Origin: Patescibacteria group bacterium
Lineage (GTDB): Bacteria > Patescibacteriota > Patescibacteriia > 2-01-FULL-39-33
Direction of reading: 5' to 3'
DNA: 32,000 bases
Assembly (NCBI GenBank): GCA_041649575.1
Contig: JBAZMW010000002.1
Span: forward strand, 1 to 32,000
Below, piece after piece: positions 6,301-14,153 of this stretch (position 1 is its first letter; every line of letters begins with the position of its first letter). Position numbers and translations under genes: made by a program. The notes beneath the pieces are model-generated. The model was not told the DNA's origin and ran no database searches. It saw only the letters and a list, made by a program, of their open reading frames with translations.

Positions 6301-7169
6301 GTGTCGAATTGGTGATAAAAGCCACCACGGCCAAGGTTGACAACTCTGTCATTGATGAGTCGGGACTGGCTAATGCCAACTTTAAGCTCGGCATCGGCGG
6401 TACTGACGGCATTGCTGGCAAGGGCGTCAATTCCGGCTTATCCGCCAGCGAGACCTATACCGCTGGTTCCAGCTCGGCCATGATTCTTCATAGGAGCTAT
6501 CCGACGGTGACCATCACCACCCCGACCAACAAGTTGGTTTCCGGCGCGGTTTTGTATGACTTCACAGTCAACAACCCGACCAGCGAACCAGTCGCCATTT
6601 ATAAGGTTGGTTTCTATACCTCCACTTCTTCTGGCGATATCATGGTGACCAAGGGTGGTTTGGATGCTAAGTTACCTGATTGGAGCGCTTTCAAGAAGAT
6701 TGCTGACGATATCTCCACCACCACGGTTTTCTATGAAGGTGGCGATACCAATGGCCAGTATTGGAGCTTTATCCTCTGGAACCAAGATTCCACCTCTGAA
6801 ACTCAGAAGGAATTAAGGATTCCGGCCGGTTCCAATGCTCGCTTCCAGTTTATTGGCCGCACTGTTTCCGGTGTCGATGGCACGGCTGGTGAGAGTTTAC
6901 AAGTGTCTTTACTAGGCGATCCGGTTGCCACTTCTTCCACCGAGCTCACCGGCTCTCTAGCGTTAAACTTCAACCGTTTAACCGCCGATTTTGCCTTAGA
7001 TGCTGCGAAGCAGGCTGATCTGTGCCAGAACAACAACAAAGGCAACTTTGTCTGGTCAGATCTCTGGAGCAATGACGGCACCCAAGCGACTAATACCGCG
7101 CAATGGTACAACGGTTACTTGGTCGATGGTTTGTCCGGCACCTCCTCCGTGGTAAGCATTCTTGAGTAA
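3333..7169 (+). CDS. Giant secreted surface protein (S-layer/adhesin-like) with tandem degenerate beta-sandwich-like modules
   Basis: The ORF is open from TTG 3294. ATG 3333 is preceded by AAAGG and yields a classical signal peptide, MKKLLTYVVVVATIAWSLGLASVVPMASA|AY. The protein is very rich in T/S/G/A/V/N and poor in charged residues. At least 6 recurring modules of about 130-170 aa are visible. The N-terminal module is shared with ORF 14830..16101. Confidence 0.85.
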   Translation: MKKLLTYVVVVATIAWSLGLASVVPMASAAYAPTAGDKVKVSSSSAVYYVDADSKKHLFSTQSTFESWYGLVSSSSSYWSQQGIKTITQEELDALSNGSNVNIRQGSLIKFSDSAAVYAVSTGSKLYTVKNGDAATTLFGSNWSTKLLKVVNSFRAGYYDNGNAVGELTASSKLPDGFLVKYSGSDDTVYYLRDGKKDPLTDDAFVANKLKDNWVITVPSSITYDNGSSVTGADAELTTVAGPGSVVPPSSGSSLSVALASDTPAAGLAIYSAIRVPFTTVAMTASSDGDITVDSLTVERKGASADANFASVAIIDADTNVQIGVNQNLNASSKAVFSNDFVIKAGTTRKILLAGNMNAAGAGQVPALALSELVLSGSATVVGSLPITGNIQTMTSLTIGIPTVQRGSYMTSTSTDVKVGSPAYIVGAFKISADSTEGQRVKQIKFYNSGTAAFDSDIGNYKLLIDNSTPVTATFTKDGKYLTADFTNNSVLIEKGKNKEFVLKADILDGSTRTIKISIYRTTDVLASGDTFGYMYTPVYSGTSNSTSNPVLTNDQLTISTGTLRIESSSSVEAQDISYGDSQELGAFNLVVAGEPVSITALTLDVSSTTAGTTQFTNWKLVDKDGKTLWGPNDPASGTVAYTSSVQLPIGSNLVKVIADVESTGGWANNETFYFKITGSNITATGVTTNDTVTASPTGAVNANTQTFKPAKLTITANSLPVDGTATLGAKKFLYGSWALSTSGSGENIKVSAITFANQAATTTNLDSVTLYDVTNKTNCTTKYPNATLDSYGCLLMVKDGYSNTTTWTLTDPIIVTKNTNLTLELRADVRTTAATYQGHKDEFVIRNDGTTAPVTAVGTVTNNTVTPTGSGYNATDGADITIGGAGTITINTSVSQPASKLLAEGQTYEVGRLKLTATNEAIKVSDLNICVGTGSVTGAGDGDKGDISNIKVYKSTDMTTPLIDSAINAVCESFSLAQGALEVPVGSSGVELVIKATTAKVDNSVIDESGLANANFKLGIGGTDGIAGKGVNSGLSASETYTAGSSSAMILHRSYPTVTITTPTNKLVSGAVLYDFTVNNPTSEPVAIYKVGFYTSTSSGDIMVTKGGLDAKLPDWSAFKKIADDISTTTVFYEGGDTNGQYWSFILWNQDSTSETQKELRIPAGSNARFQFIGRTVSGVDGTAGESLQVSLLGDPVATSSTELTGSLALNFNRLTADFALDAAKQADLCQNNNKGNFVWSDLWSNDGTQATNTAQWYNGYLVDGLSGTSSVVSILE

Positions 7170-7204
7170 TTGGTTCAATTTAAGTTATTGTTGAAATAGA
7201 AAAT

Positions 7205-7243
7205 CCCGCCCGCTCAAAATTTGAGCGGGCGGGGTTGATTTTT
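7205..7243 (+). terminator. Rho-independent terminator after the giant surface-protein gene
   Basis: A perfect 11-bp GC-rich stem: CCCGCCCGCTC (7205-7215) pairs with GAGCGGGCGGG (7223-7233). It is followed by GTTGATTTTT. Confidence 0.9.
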
Positions 7244-7269
7244 GCCTGGTTTTTTGCTATAAATATAAT
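7242..7269 (+). promoter_or_regulatory. Sigma70-like promoter for the 7317..13988 operon (TTGCCT-16-TATAAT)
   Basis: TTGCCT at 7242-7247 and TATAAT at 7264-7269, about 48 nt upstream of ATG 7317. Confidence 0.45.
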
Positions 7270-7316
7270 GTCTTTTTTCAATATTATTTTATCGAACAAA
7301 ATTAATTTATAGCCCT

Positions 7317-8054
7317 ATGAAACAAGAAGAAAAAAAAATAATCATCTGGTTGGTCGTTATTATCGTTGCTATTGTTCTGGTGGCGGCCGGTTATTTTTTA
7401 ATAAAAAACAGGAATAATTTGTTCAAGCAACCGGCTCCAGTCAGTGCCGAGTTTAGTATTTACGGGCCGATTGATTATGCCAAGTACGAAAAAATTGGTT
7501 TAAAAAAAGAAAAAGTGGATATTTTGTTTGGGAAAATGAAAGAAACGACTGAAGCGCTGAAGATAAAGCCCAACGATTATGATTATTTAATCCAGCTCGG
7601 CGGTTTTGAAAAGATCTTAAAAGAGTATGATGCCGCCCTAAAGACTTACAGCCAGGCCATCTCGGCTTTTCCCGATTACGGCGTGGCTTATGCCGAAACA
7701 GCGGATATTTATATTTACCCTTTGGGCCGGTACAACGAAGCCGAGGATTATCTCAAGAAAGCGATAGAGAGAATGCCTTATCGCAGCGATTATTATCGTT
7801 GGCTGGCGGATTTGTATATTGCCAAGTTCCCTCAAAAGAAAGCGGAGATCGAGCCGTTGATGCTTCGCGGCGCCAAGGAAACTCCCTCCAACGCCCTGTC
7901 TTTTTATAGTTATCTGGTGGTTTATTTTCAGCGGGAAGGCGATTTCAATAAAGCGATTACTTATACCAATAAATGCGTTCAAATCGCTCCCGAGGCCGAG
8001 AGAGCCAATTTCCGGCAGACTCTGGGCGAGCTCCAGGCTGAACTGAAAAAGTAA
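7317..8054 (+). CDS. Membrane-anchored tetratricopeptide-repeat (TPR) protein
   Basis: N-terminal TM segment IIIWLVVIIVAIVLVAAGYFLI. TPR-like A/Y/L periodicity follows (YDAALKTYSQAISAFPDYGVAYAETADIYI..., GDFNKAITYTNKCVQIAPE). Confidence 0.75.
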   Translation: MKQEEKKIIIWLVVIIVAIVLVAAGYFLIKNRNNLFKQPAPVSAEFSIYGPIDYAKYEKIGLKKEKVDILFGKMKETTEALKIKPNDYDYLIQLGGFEKILKEYDAALKTYSQAISAFPDYGVAYAETADIYIYPLGRYNEAEDYLKKAIERMPYRSDYYRWLADLYIAKFPQKKAEIEPLMLRGAKETPSNALSFYSYLVVYFQREGDFNKAITYTNKCVQIAPEAERANFRQTLGELQAELKK

Positions 8055-8096
8055 AAATACTTAGATACCGCAATCTGGTAATATTTTTTTACTTTT

Positions 8097-9881
8097 ATGG
8101 AGATAAAAAAGTTCTATCAGAACAAGCTAATTGTTTTTTTCGCTATTATTGTTGTAGTTTTAATTTTCTATTCCAATATTTTCAACAACCAGTTTGCCTA
8201 TGACGATAACGATTTTTTTGTTAATTGGCAAACCGTTGAAAGCTTAGGCAACGCTAAGGCGCTGGTTTTGGGCGATTTACCACTTAGCCATCAGCATGTT
8301 TATCGTCCGCTAAGGAGCTTGTTGCAGGCGGTTACTTATCAGTTGTTTGGGCAAAATCCTTTAGGTTATCATTTTCTTGGGTTGTTTTTTTATATTTTGG
8401 CAATTTATTTGCTTTATTTGATTTTCAGAAAGATAATAAACGCCAAAGTCGCTTTTTTGTCGGCCATGATTTTTGCCGTTTTGCCGGTTCATGTCGAAGC
8501 TGTCACTTTTGTCACCGCCAGCTTCGATCTCTTTGGTATTGTTTTGATGCTGGCTAGTCTTTATTTTTATCTGCTGGGCAGAAATAAAAATAAAGCTTAT
8601 CTGGCCCTCTCTTTGATTTTGTCGCTGGCGGCCCTTTTTTCCTACGAGCTCACAGTCGTTTTGCCGCTACTTTTAGTTTTGTACGACAAGTGCTCGGACC
8701 GCGGGAAAAAAATTATTGTTAGCGTCAAAGAAAATTGGTTTTATTTTTTGGGCGTGGCTGTTTATCTGGCCGCCAGGTTTTATGTTATGAAGCTGCTAAA
8801 TCCCCAGTCATTTCTCACCGAACTGGATCCTAAAACAATAGTCTTTACCTCAATCAAATCTTTTTCAAATTATGTCTATCTGGCCGTCTTTAATTATCCC
8901 TTAAGCGTCAATCATCAGACTGTTTTAAGTAGTTCAATTTTTGACTTCAGTGTGGTTTTTTCCATAATTATCTTTGCCTTACTCCTGTACCTGTCTTGGT
9001 ATTTTTACAAAAAGAATAAGAGCGTCTATACTTTACTGATTGGCTGGTTTATTATTGGCCTGTTGCCGGCCGCCAATCTGGTGAGAGTCTCCCGTTTTGT
9101 CGCCGAAAGGTATCTTTTTTTGTCCTCGGTCGCCTTTGGCGTTTTGGTTCCCCTGATTTTTTTTAAGTTATTCAATTATTTTTCAAACAAAAAGCAGACG
9201 GCGGCCAGGATAATTACGGTCATAGTCCTGGTCCTGGTTTTTTTAACTTACGGATTTATGTCTTATGTCAGAAATAATGATTGGCAAAACGACGAAACAT
9301 TATGGCAAAAAACGCTTAAAAATGAGACTGGCGATACCCGTTCTCTGAATAATTTAGCTTTTGAGCTGCGGCAAAAGGGCCAAAACGAAAAAGCGATTGA
9401 TTATCTGGGCCAAGCCATCAAACTAGATCCAAATTATTATTTGGCCTACGAAAACTTGGGAGAAATCTATTCGGAATTAAATCAGCACGATAAAGCGATA
9501 GAAAATTTCAATAAAGTCATTGAATTGAAACCTAATTATTTTATCGCTTATGCCAACAGGGGATTCGATTATTTTTTGTTGGGCGAGGCAGAATTGGCTG
9601 AGAAAGATTATTTAAAGGCGCTGGAGCTAAACCCTCAGTTTTATCAGGCAAACCTTAATCTGGGTGGGTTTTATTTCGAGGCCGGCAATTTTGAACAAGC
9701 GATTGGTTATTTTGAAAAAGCTTTAGCGATAGACGGCAGCAACAGCGAGGTTTATGAAGCGCTGGGTCTAGCTTATCTGGGCGCTAGTCAGCCGTCAGCG
9801 GCCAAGGCCAGCTTTGCCAAAGCGTTAAAAATCAATCCTAATTCATCAAGGGCCAGGGATTTTCTTAATAAATTAAAATAG
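8097..9881 (+). CDS. Polytopic GT-C-fold membrane protein (TMTC/DUF1736-like) fused to C-terminal TPR repeats
   Basis: The N-terminus shows FAYDDNDFFVNW...VYRPLRSLLQAVTYQLFGQNPLGYHF, the hallmark loop of TMTC-like/PMT-related proteins. There are about 11 hydrophobic segments. The C-terminal ~190 aa are canonical TPRs (KAIDYLGQAIKLDPNYYLAYENLGEIY, KAIENFNKVIELKPNYFIAY, QAIGYFEKALAIDGSN). Confidence 0.75.
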   Translation: MEIKKFYQNKLIVFFAIIVVVLIFYSNIFNNQFAYDDNDFFVNWQTVESLGNAKALVLGDLPLSHQHVYRPLRSLLQAVTYQLFGQNPLGYHFLGLFFYILAIYLLYLIFRKIINAKVAFLSAMIFAVLPVHVEAVTFVTASFDLFGIVLMLASLYFYLLGRNKNKAYLALSLILSLAALFSYELTVVLPLLLVLYDKCSDRGKKIIVSVKENWFYFLGVAVYLAARFYVMKLLNPQSFLTELDPKTIVFTSIKSFSNYVYLAVFNYPLSVNHQTVLSSSIFDFSVVFSIIIFALLLYLSWYFYKKNKSVYTLLIGWFIIGLLPAANLVRVSRFVAERYLFLSSVAFGVLVPLIFFKLFNYFSNKKQTAARIITVIVLVLVFLTYGFMSYVRNNDWQNDETLWQKTLKNETGDTRSLNNLAFELRQKGQNEKAIDYLGQAIKLDPNYYLAYENLGEIYSELNQHDKAIENFNKVIELKPNYFIAYANRGFDYFLLGEAELAEKDYLKALELNPQFYQANLNLGGFYFEAGNFEQAIGYFEKALAIDGSNSEVYEALGLAYLGASQPSAAKASFAKALKINPNSSRARDFLNKLK

Positions 9882-9914
9882 TCTTTTTCGCGATTTTGCA
9901 TTATAATTTGTTTA

Positions 9915-11648
9915 TTGTCGAAATATCAATTCATGACGATTAATTTGAACAAAAAAGGATGGTCTTTATTTCTCTTGGCTGTAATTGTGGTTACGGCTGT
10001 CTTTTTTCGTTTTTGGCACTTGACCGGCAATGACCTGTATTCGGACGATGCTCTTTATTCTTTCCGCGCCCTGGGCTGGTTTGACTATCTGGGCGGTGGA
10101 CAGACCACTCCGGTCCAATGGTTTGGTTCTGTCCCTGGTTGGGCCAGATTGTCTTTTCATGATGCGCCGCCGCTGGTTCTGGCCATCCAAAACATTTTTT
10201 TTAAATTTCTAGGGCCGAATGTTTTGGCGGCACGTCTGCCGTTTGCTCTGGCTGGTCTGGGCGCAGTGCTGCTTTTGTATTTTTTGGTAAAAAAGAGCAA
10301 AAATCGAGGCCCGGCTTTGTTAGCCGCTTTTTTACTGGGCATTTCTTCTTTGGCGACTTGGGCGAGTCGGGTCGGTTATCTGGAGGGAGTGGAAGTGTTT
10401 TTTATTGTTTTGAGCGTTTTTTTTCTGGCCAATTTTTTGGCTGGCGGCAAAAAATACAATTTGTATTGGTGGGGTATTACCATCGGTTTGTCGTTGCTTT
10501 GCAAATATACGGCCATTTTTCTGCTACCGGCGGCGATTTTATACCTTTTGATTTGGCGCCGGTCGGCTTTCAAAACCAAAGAGTTATGGTTGGCTCTGGT
10601 TTTATTTCTGGCCGTGCTGACTCCCATTATTATTTATAATGTCAATGTTTTTCAAACACGCGGTCATTTTGACGCTGCCTTGTCGTCGATGGTCGGCCTG
10701 CACCCGGAAGACTTTAAGACCGTTGCCAGCCGTGGTTTGAGCTTGAATTGGTGGCAAAATCTTCTTTCTCTGCCAAAAGACGCCCTTTTCACCACCACCT
10801 CTTTCCCTATTTTTTTACTGCTAATTATTTCCTTTGTTTATCTGTTGGTCAAGGTGGTCAGAAAGAAAGGCGATTATTTAGAAAATTTCATTTTTATCAA
10901 TCTGGTCATGGTTCTGGCGATGTTTGCTTTTGTCGGTGCCGGGCCAAGATTTTTTTCTATTGTCATGCCGTTTTTATCGCTGGTGTTAGCTTTATTCATC
11001 AGCGACATCTGGCGCTGGCTAAGGCAAAAAGAATTTTTGGTGGTGCAAAAGATAATGATTCTGATTTTATTATTAGCGTTTGTCGGGGAAATTGTTTACA
11101 ATATTAACACCAATCTCTCGGTCAAGTCGGCTGGCTGGCCGAATATTTCTTATTCCAGCGCCCGTTTTTATAATCTGGGTTTCAATCAGTTAGATGCTTA
11201 TCTGCAAAATGATGTTTTAACCCCGCTGCCGGCGCCGCTGAGACTTACTGCTTTAAATGATATCTTTCTAAATCCAGAAGATATCAAGGGCGCGCGTTTA
11301 GTTTTGACCGACGAGAGAATCAATTGGTTTGCCTATTCCTGGTATCTGCAAAAATATTCCTTTTTTTATCATTTACCGGTAGTTTCTTTTTATGATGTTT
11401 TAAACCTAACTGTTCCCAATAAGCTCGACCCGATGGAATTTCTAAAAAATTCTGGTGCCAAGGATATTTATTATATTTTGGCCTTGGATGACTCGGTGCT
11501 TGATCCCGTCAAAAAAGAAAATTCCAACCTAGGATACGCCATGAAATTGTTGGGAGACAAACTGCAAGAGCGGGGCGCTGATGTCAAAGAGATAAAAAAT
11601 CATAATAATTTAGCGGTTTTTAAAATTTATCATCTTAAAAATAATTAA
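9915..11648 (+). CDS. GT-C glycosyltransferase, family 39/83 (ArnT/PMT_2-like)
   Basis: The polytopic N-terminal half carries DDALYSFRALGWFDY...FHDAPPLVLA, an Asp-containing first loop plus a PPL motif typical of ArnT/PMT_2. The C-terminal half is soluble. The start is either TTG 9915 or ATG 9933. Confidence 0.75.
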   Translation: MSKYQFMTINLNKKGWSLFLLAVIVVTAVFFRFWHLTGNDLYSDDALYSFRALGWFDYLGGGQTTPVQWFGSVPGWARLSFHDAPPLVLAIQNIFFKFLGPNVLAARLPFALAGLGAVLLLYFLVKKSKNRGPALLAAFLLGISSLATWASRVGYLEGVEVFFIVLSVFFLANFLAGGKKYNLYWWGITIGLSLLCKYTAIFLLPAAILYLLIWRRSAFKTKELWLALVLFLAVLTPIIIYNVNVFQTRGHFDAALSSMVGLHPEDFKTVASRGLSLNWWQNLLSLPKDALFTTTSFPIFLLLIISFVYLLVKVVRKKGDYLENFIFINLVMVLAMFAFVGAGPRFFSIVMPFLSLVLALFISDIWRWLRQKEFLVVQKIMILILLLAFVGEIVYNINTNLSVKSAGWPNISYSSARFYNLGFNQLDAYLQNDVLTPLPAPLRLTALNDIFLNPEDIKGARLVLTDERINWFAYSWYLQKYSFFYHLPVVSFYDVLNLTVPNKLDPMEFLKNSGAKDIYYILALDDSVLDPVKKENSNLGYAMKLLGDKLQERGADVKEIKNHNNLAVFKIYHLKNN

Positions 11649-11663
11649 TCTAACCTTTAAGAT

Positions 11664-13988
11664 ATGAACCAATCTAAAATTTTGGTATTGATTCCCAAGG
11701 TCATTATCTGGCTGTGTCTGGCCGTTATTTTATTCTCGCCCCTTTATGTCAGCAGCCATCTTTTTTTTCCTTTTATCGTCACCAAAACCCTGGTTTTTAA
11801 TATTGCGGTAGAGGTAATGGTTTTGGCTTTTTTGTTTCTGGCCAGCATAAGTGGCGACTATAAAATCAGGATTAATTTGGCGGTTATCTTGGTCGCGGTT
11901 TATATTATCTTGTCTTTCATTTCTTCTTTGGCGGGCGATAATTTTTACCGCAGTTTCTGGAGCAATAACGAAAGAAGCGAAGGATTGCTCCTCTTACTAC
12001 ATCTCTTTTTGTTTTTGGTGGTGCTTTCCAGCTTCTTTAGAAAAATAAAGAGTTGGCTTTTGGTTTTTGACACTTTTTTCTTCGCCAGTTTTCTGGTCGC
12101 TTTGATTGCCCTGGGTCAGTATTTCAAGCTTGATTGGCTTTTTGCTTCCGGTGACGGCCAGCGCCTGGCCGGCACTATTGGTAATGCCGGCTATATGGCC
12201 GGCTACTTGGTTTTTGCCGTTTTTCTGGGCTTATTATTGGTTTTTAAGCGGAAAACCATTTATTTGAAAATTTATTATCTGATAGTAATGGCTTTGGAGG
12301 TCTTTATTATTTTCGGTACTGGTACAAGGGGTGGTATGCTGGCGCTGTTGCTTGGAGCTTTTTTGTTTGTCTTGTATTTACTTTTCTTTTATTTCAAAAA
12401 TAAATATTTAAAATTGGCCGGAGTGGTGGTTATACTTTTGGCTTTGGGGCTGCCCTTGGTAGTGTTTGCCAATAAAGATTCACATTGGGTGAAAAGTAAT
12501 TTTGCCCTGAACAGACTTTCCACTATTTCCGCCACCACGGTCACCGCTCAATACCGGTTTATGACTTGGCAAGCGGCTTGGCAGGGCTTTAAGAAAAAAT
12601 CCGTCCTTGGTTGGGGTCAGGAAAATTTTTATCAACCGTTTGACAAATACTTCAATCCTAAAATATTTCGTCATGGTGGTTCGGTGGTTTGGTATGATCG
12701 CGCTCACAATATAGTTTTTGACCGCTTGGTTACCGGCGGCATCCTGGGCCTGCTGTCTTATTTGGCGCTTTTGTTCGTTCCTTGTTATTTTTTGTGGCGC
12801 CAGCGGGCGAAAAAGGAACCAGAGGCGGGCAATGACCAAGAAAAAAAAGGCAAGAGATATTTCATCCAGGTGATCTTTTCTTTAATTGTTCTGGCTTATT
12901 TTATTCAGAATTTGTTTATTTTTGAGGCTTTGGCTACTTATATTCCTTTATTTCTGGTATTGAGCTTCATTGGCTTGTTTGGTTGGAGCTACGATTGGCA
13001 GCCGCTAGCCAGCCGCCGTGTCAAGTTAGCGTTTTTTATTTTTTGGCTGATTGTTTTTTTACCGATTCTATATTTTGTCAACCTCAAGCCGCTCAATGCC
13101 AACTTGACCCTGACCAAAGCTTTAAGCAGCCAGGATTTGAGTGTTAGCGAGAGAATTGATCTTTTCAAACAAGTTTTGTCGCAGCAGACCCCGGGTAATC
13201 AGGAATATCGACGGCAGCTGTTCAATCTTTTGGAGGCGTTGATTACCCAAAAGTTCCCGGATAAAAAAGTTATTTCCGACCTGGCCGATTTTACCGGCAG
13301 CGAATTAAACAAACAGATCGCCGAAAACCCCCACAGTGTTTCCAATTATTTGCTACTGATGAGATTCAACAGTTCCATGTTCAGTCAGACCGGCAATCTC
13401 GATTATCTTAATAAAAACTTGGATCTTTTTGATCAGGCCAAGGAGCTGTCGCCGGCCCGTCAGGTTATATATTTTGAAATCGGCTATTCCTACATAGCCA
13501 TGGGTAATTATTTTAAACAAACTAGCCAGGGGGAGATGGCCCAGAAATATTATGATTTGGCCGTAGATAACTTTCGTTACGCCCTGGAGTTAAACGATAC
13601 TAATTTCGAATCATACAGGCAGTTAATAAGCGCCTTAATTTATGCCGGTAAAAACCAAGACGTGCTAGATTTTATCGACCAAATGAATCAGAAGGAAAAA
13701 GAAAAAATAATGGATGATTACGATCACACCAGTTTTTTTACCAGCGTCATTAACATCGGCGTTTCAGTAAAAAATTACCAAATTGCAAGATCGATGGCCC
13801 AAAAACTGATTGAGATAGACCCCAAAAATCCTTTGTATTATGTCCAACTGGCTTTAGCTGAAGCCTATTTAGGCAATAACAATGAGGCTATAACAGTAGC
13901 TCAAAAAGTGGCGGAATTCGGAGACGATTACAAAAAACAGTCTGAAGATTTCATCCAAAAGGTAAAAGCGGGCGATTTTTCCAAGTAG
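11664..13988 (+). CDS. O-antigen ligase/polymerase-family (Wzy_C) membrane protein with a C-terminal TPR-like helical domain
   Basis: About 12 TM segments are present. GTIGNAGYMAGYLVF and GTRGGMLALLLGAFLF match the Wzy_C family pattern. The C-terminal ~300 aa are helical-repeat-like (GEMAQKYYDLAVDNFRYALELNDTNFESY, ARSMAQKLIEIDPKNPLYYVQLALAEAYLGN). Confidence 0.7.
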   Translation: MNQSKILVLIPKVIIWLCLAVILFSPLYVSSHLFFPFIVTKTLVFNIAVEVMVLAFLFLASISGDYKIRINLAVILVAVYIILSFISSLAGDNFYRSFWSNNERSEGLLLLLHLFLFLVVLSSFFRKIKSWLLVFDTFFFASFLVALIALGQYFKLDWLFASGDGQRLAGTIGNAGYMAGYLVFAVFLGLLLVFKRKTIYLKIYYLIVMALEVFIIFGTGTRGGMLALLLGAFLFVLYLLFFYFKNKYLKLAGVVVILLALGLPLVVFANKDSHWVKSNFALNRLSTISATTVTAQYRFMTWQAAWQGFKKKSVLGWGQENFYQPFDKYFNPKIFRHGGSVVWYDRAHNIVFDRLVTGGILGLLSYLALLFVPCYFLWRQRAKKEPEAGNDQEKKGKRYFIQVIFSLIVLAYFIQNLFIFEALATYIPLFLVLSFIGLFGWSYDWQPLASRRVKLAFFIFWLIVFLPILYFVNLKPLNANLTLTKALSSQDLSVSERIDLFKQVLSQQTPGNQEYRRQLFNLLEALITQKFPDKKVISDLADFTGSELNKQIAENPHSVSNYLLLMRFNSSMFSQTGNLDYLNKNLDLFDQAKELSPARQVIYFEIGYSYIAMGNYFKQTSQGEMAQKYYDLAVDNFRYALELNDTNFESYRQLISALIYAGKNQDVLDFIDQMNQKEKEKIMDDYDHTSFFTSVINIGVSVKNYQIARSMAQKLIEIDPKNPLYYVQLALAEAYLGNNNEAITVAQKVAEFGDDYKKQSEDFIQKVKAGDFSK

Positions 13989-14046
13989 TGGTTTAAAAAG
14001 TTATCCACAGCTTTCCGTTGACAGTAATGAAAATTTGTTTTTTTTG

Positions 14047-14055
14047 TGTTATAAT
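14047..14055 (+). promoter_or_regulatory. Extended -10 element TGtTATAAT upstream of 14154
   Basis: TG at 14047-14048 and TATAAT at 14050-14055. A TTGACA at 14018-14023 is 26 nt away, too far for a standard -35. Confidence 0.35.
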
Positions 14056-14153
14056 TAAAGCATCATAAAGTATAAGCAAAAACTCAAGTAGCCGTTCTTC
14101 AAAGAGAGTTCCATTTAATTTAATCAAATTAAATAACTTTTAAAAAATAACTC

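Noticed and set aside
3333-7169. Elevated GC of the giant surface-protein gene as evidence of horizontal transfer
   Set aside because: The composition is explained by the extreme Ala/Gly/Thr/Ser/Val/Pro content of the protein. Leu is still mostly encoded by TTG, as elsewhere, and the flanks carry host-like signals.
14001-14009. Second perfect DnaA-box TTATCCACA, in the spacer after the Wzy_C gene
   Set aside because: It is a single isolated box. Two boxes in 32 kb of AT-biased sequence is only mildly above chance, and there is no origin-like context.
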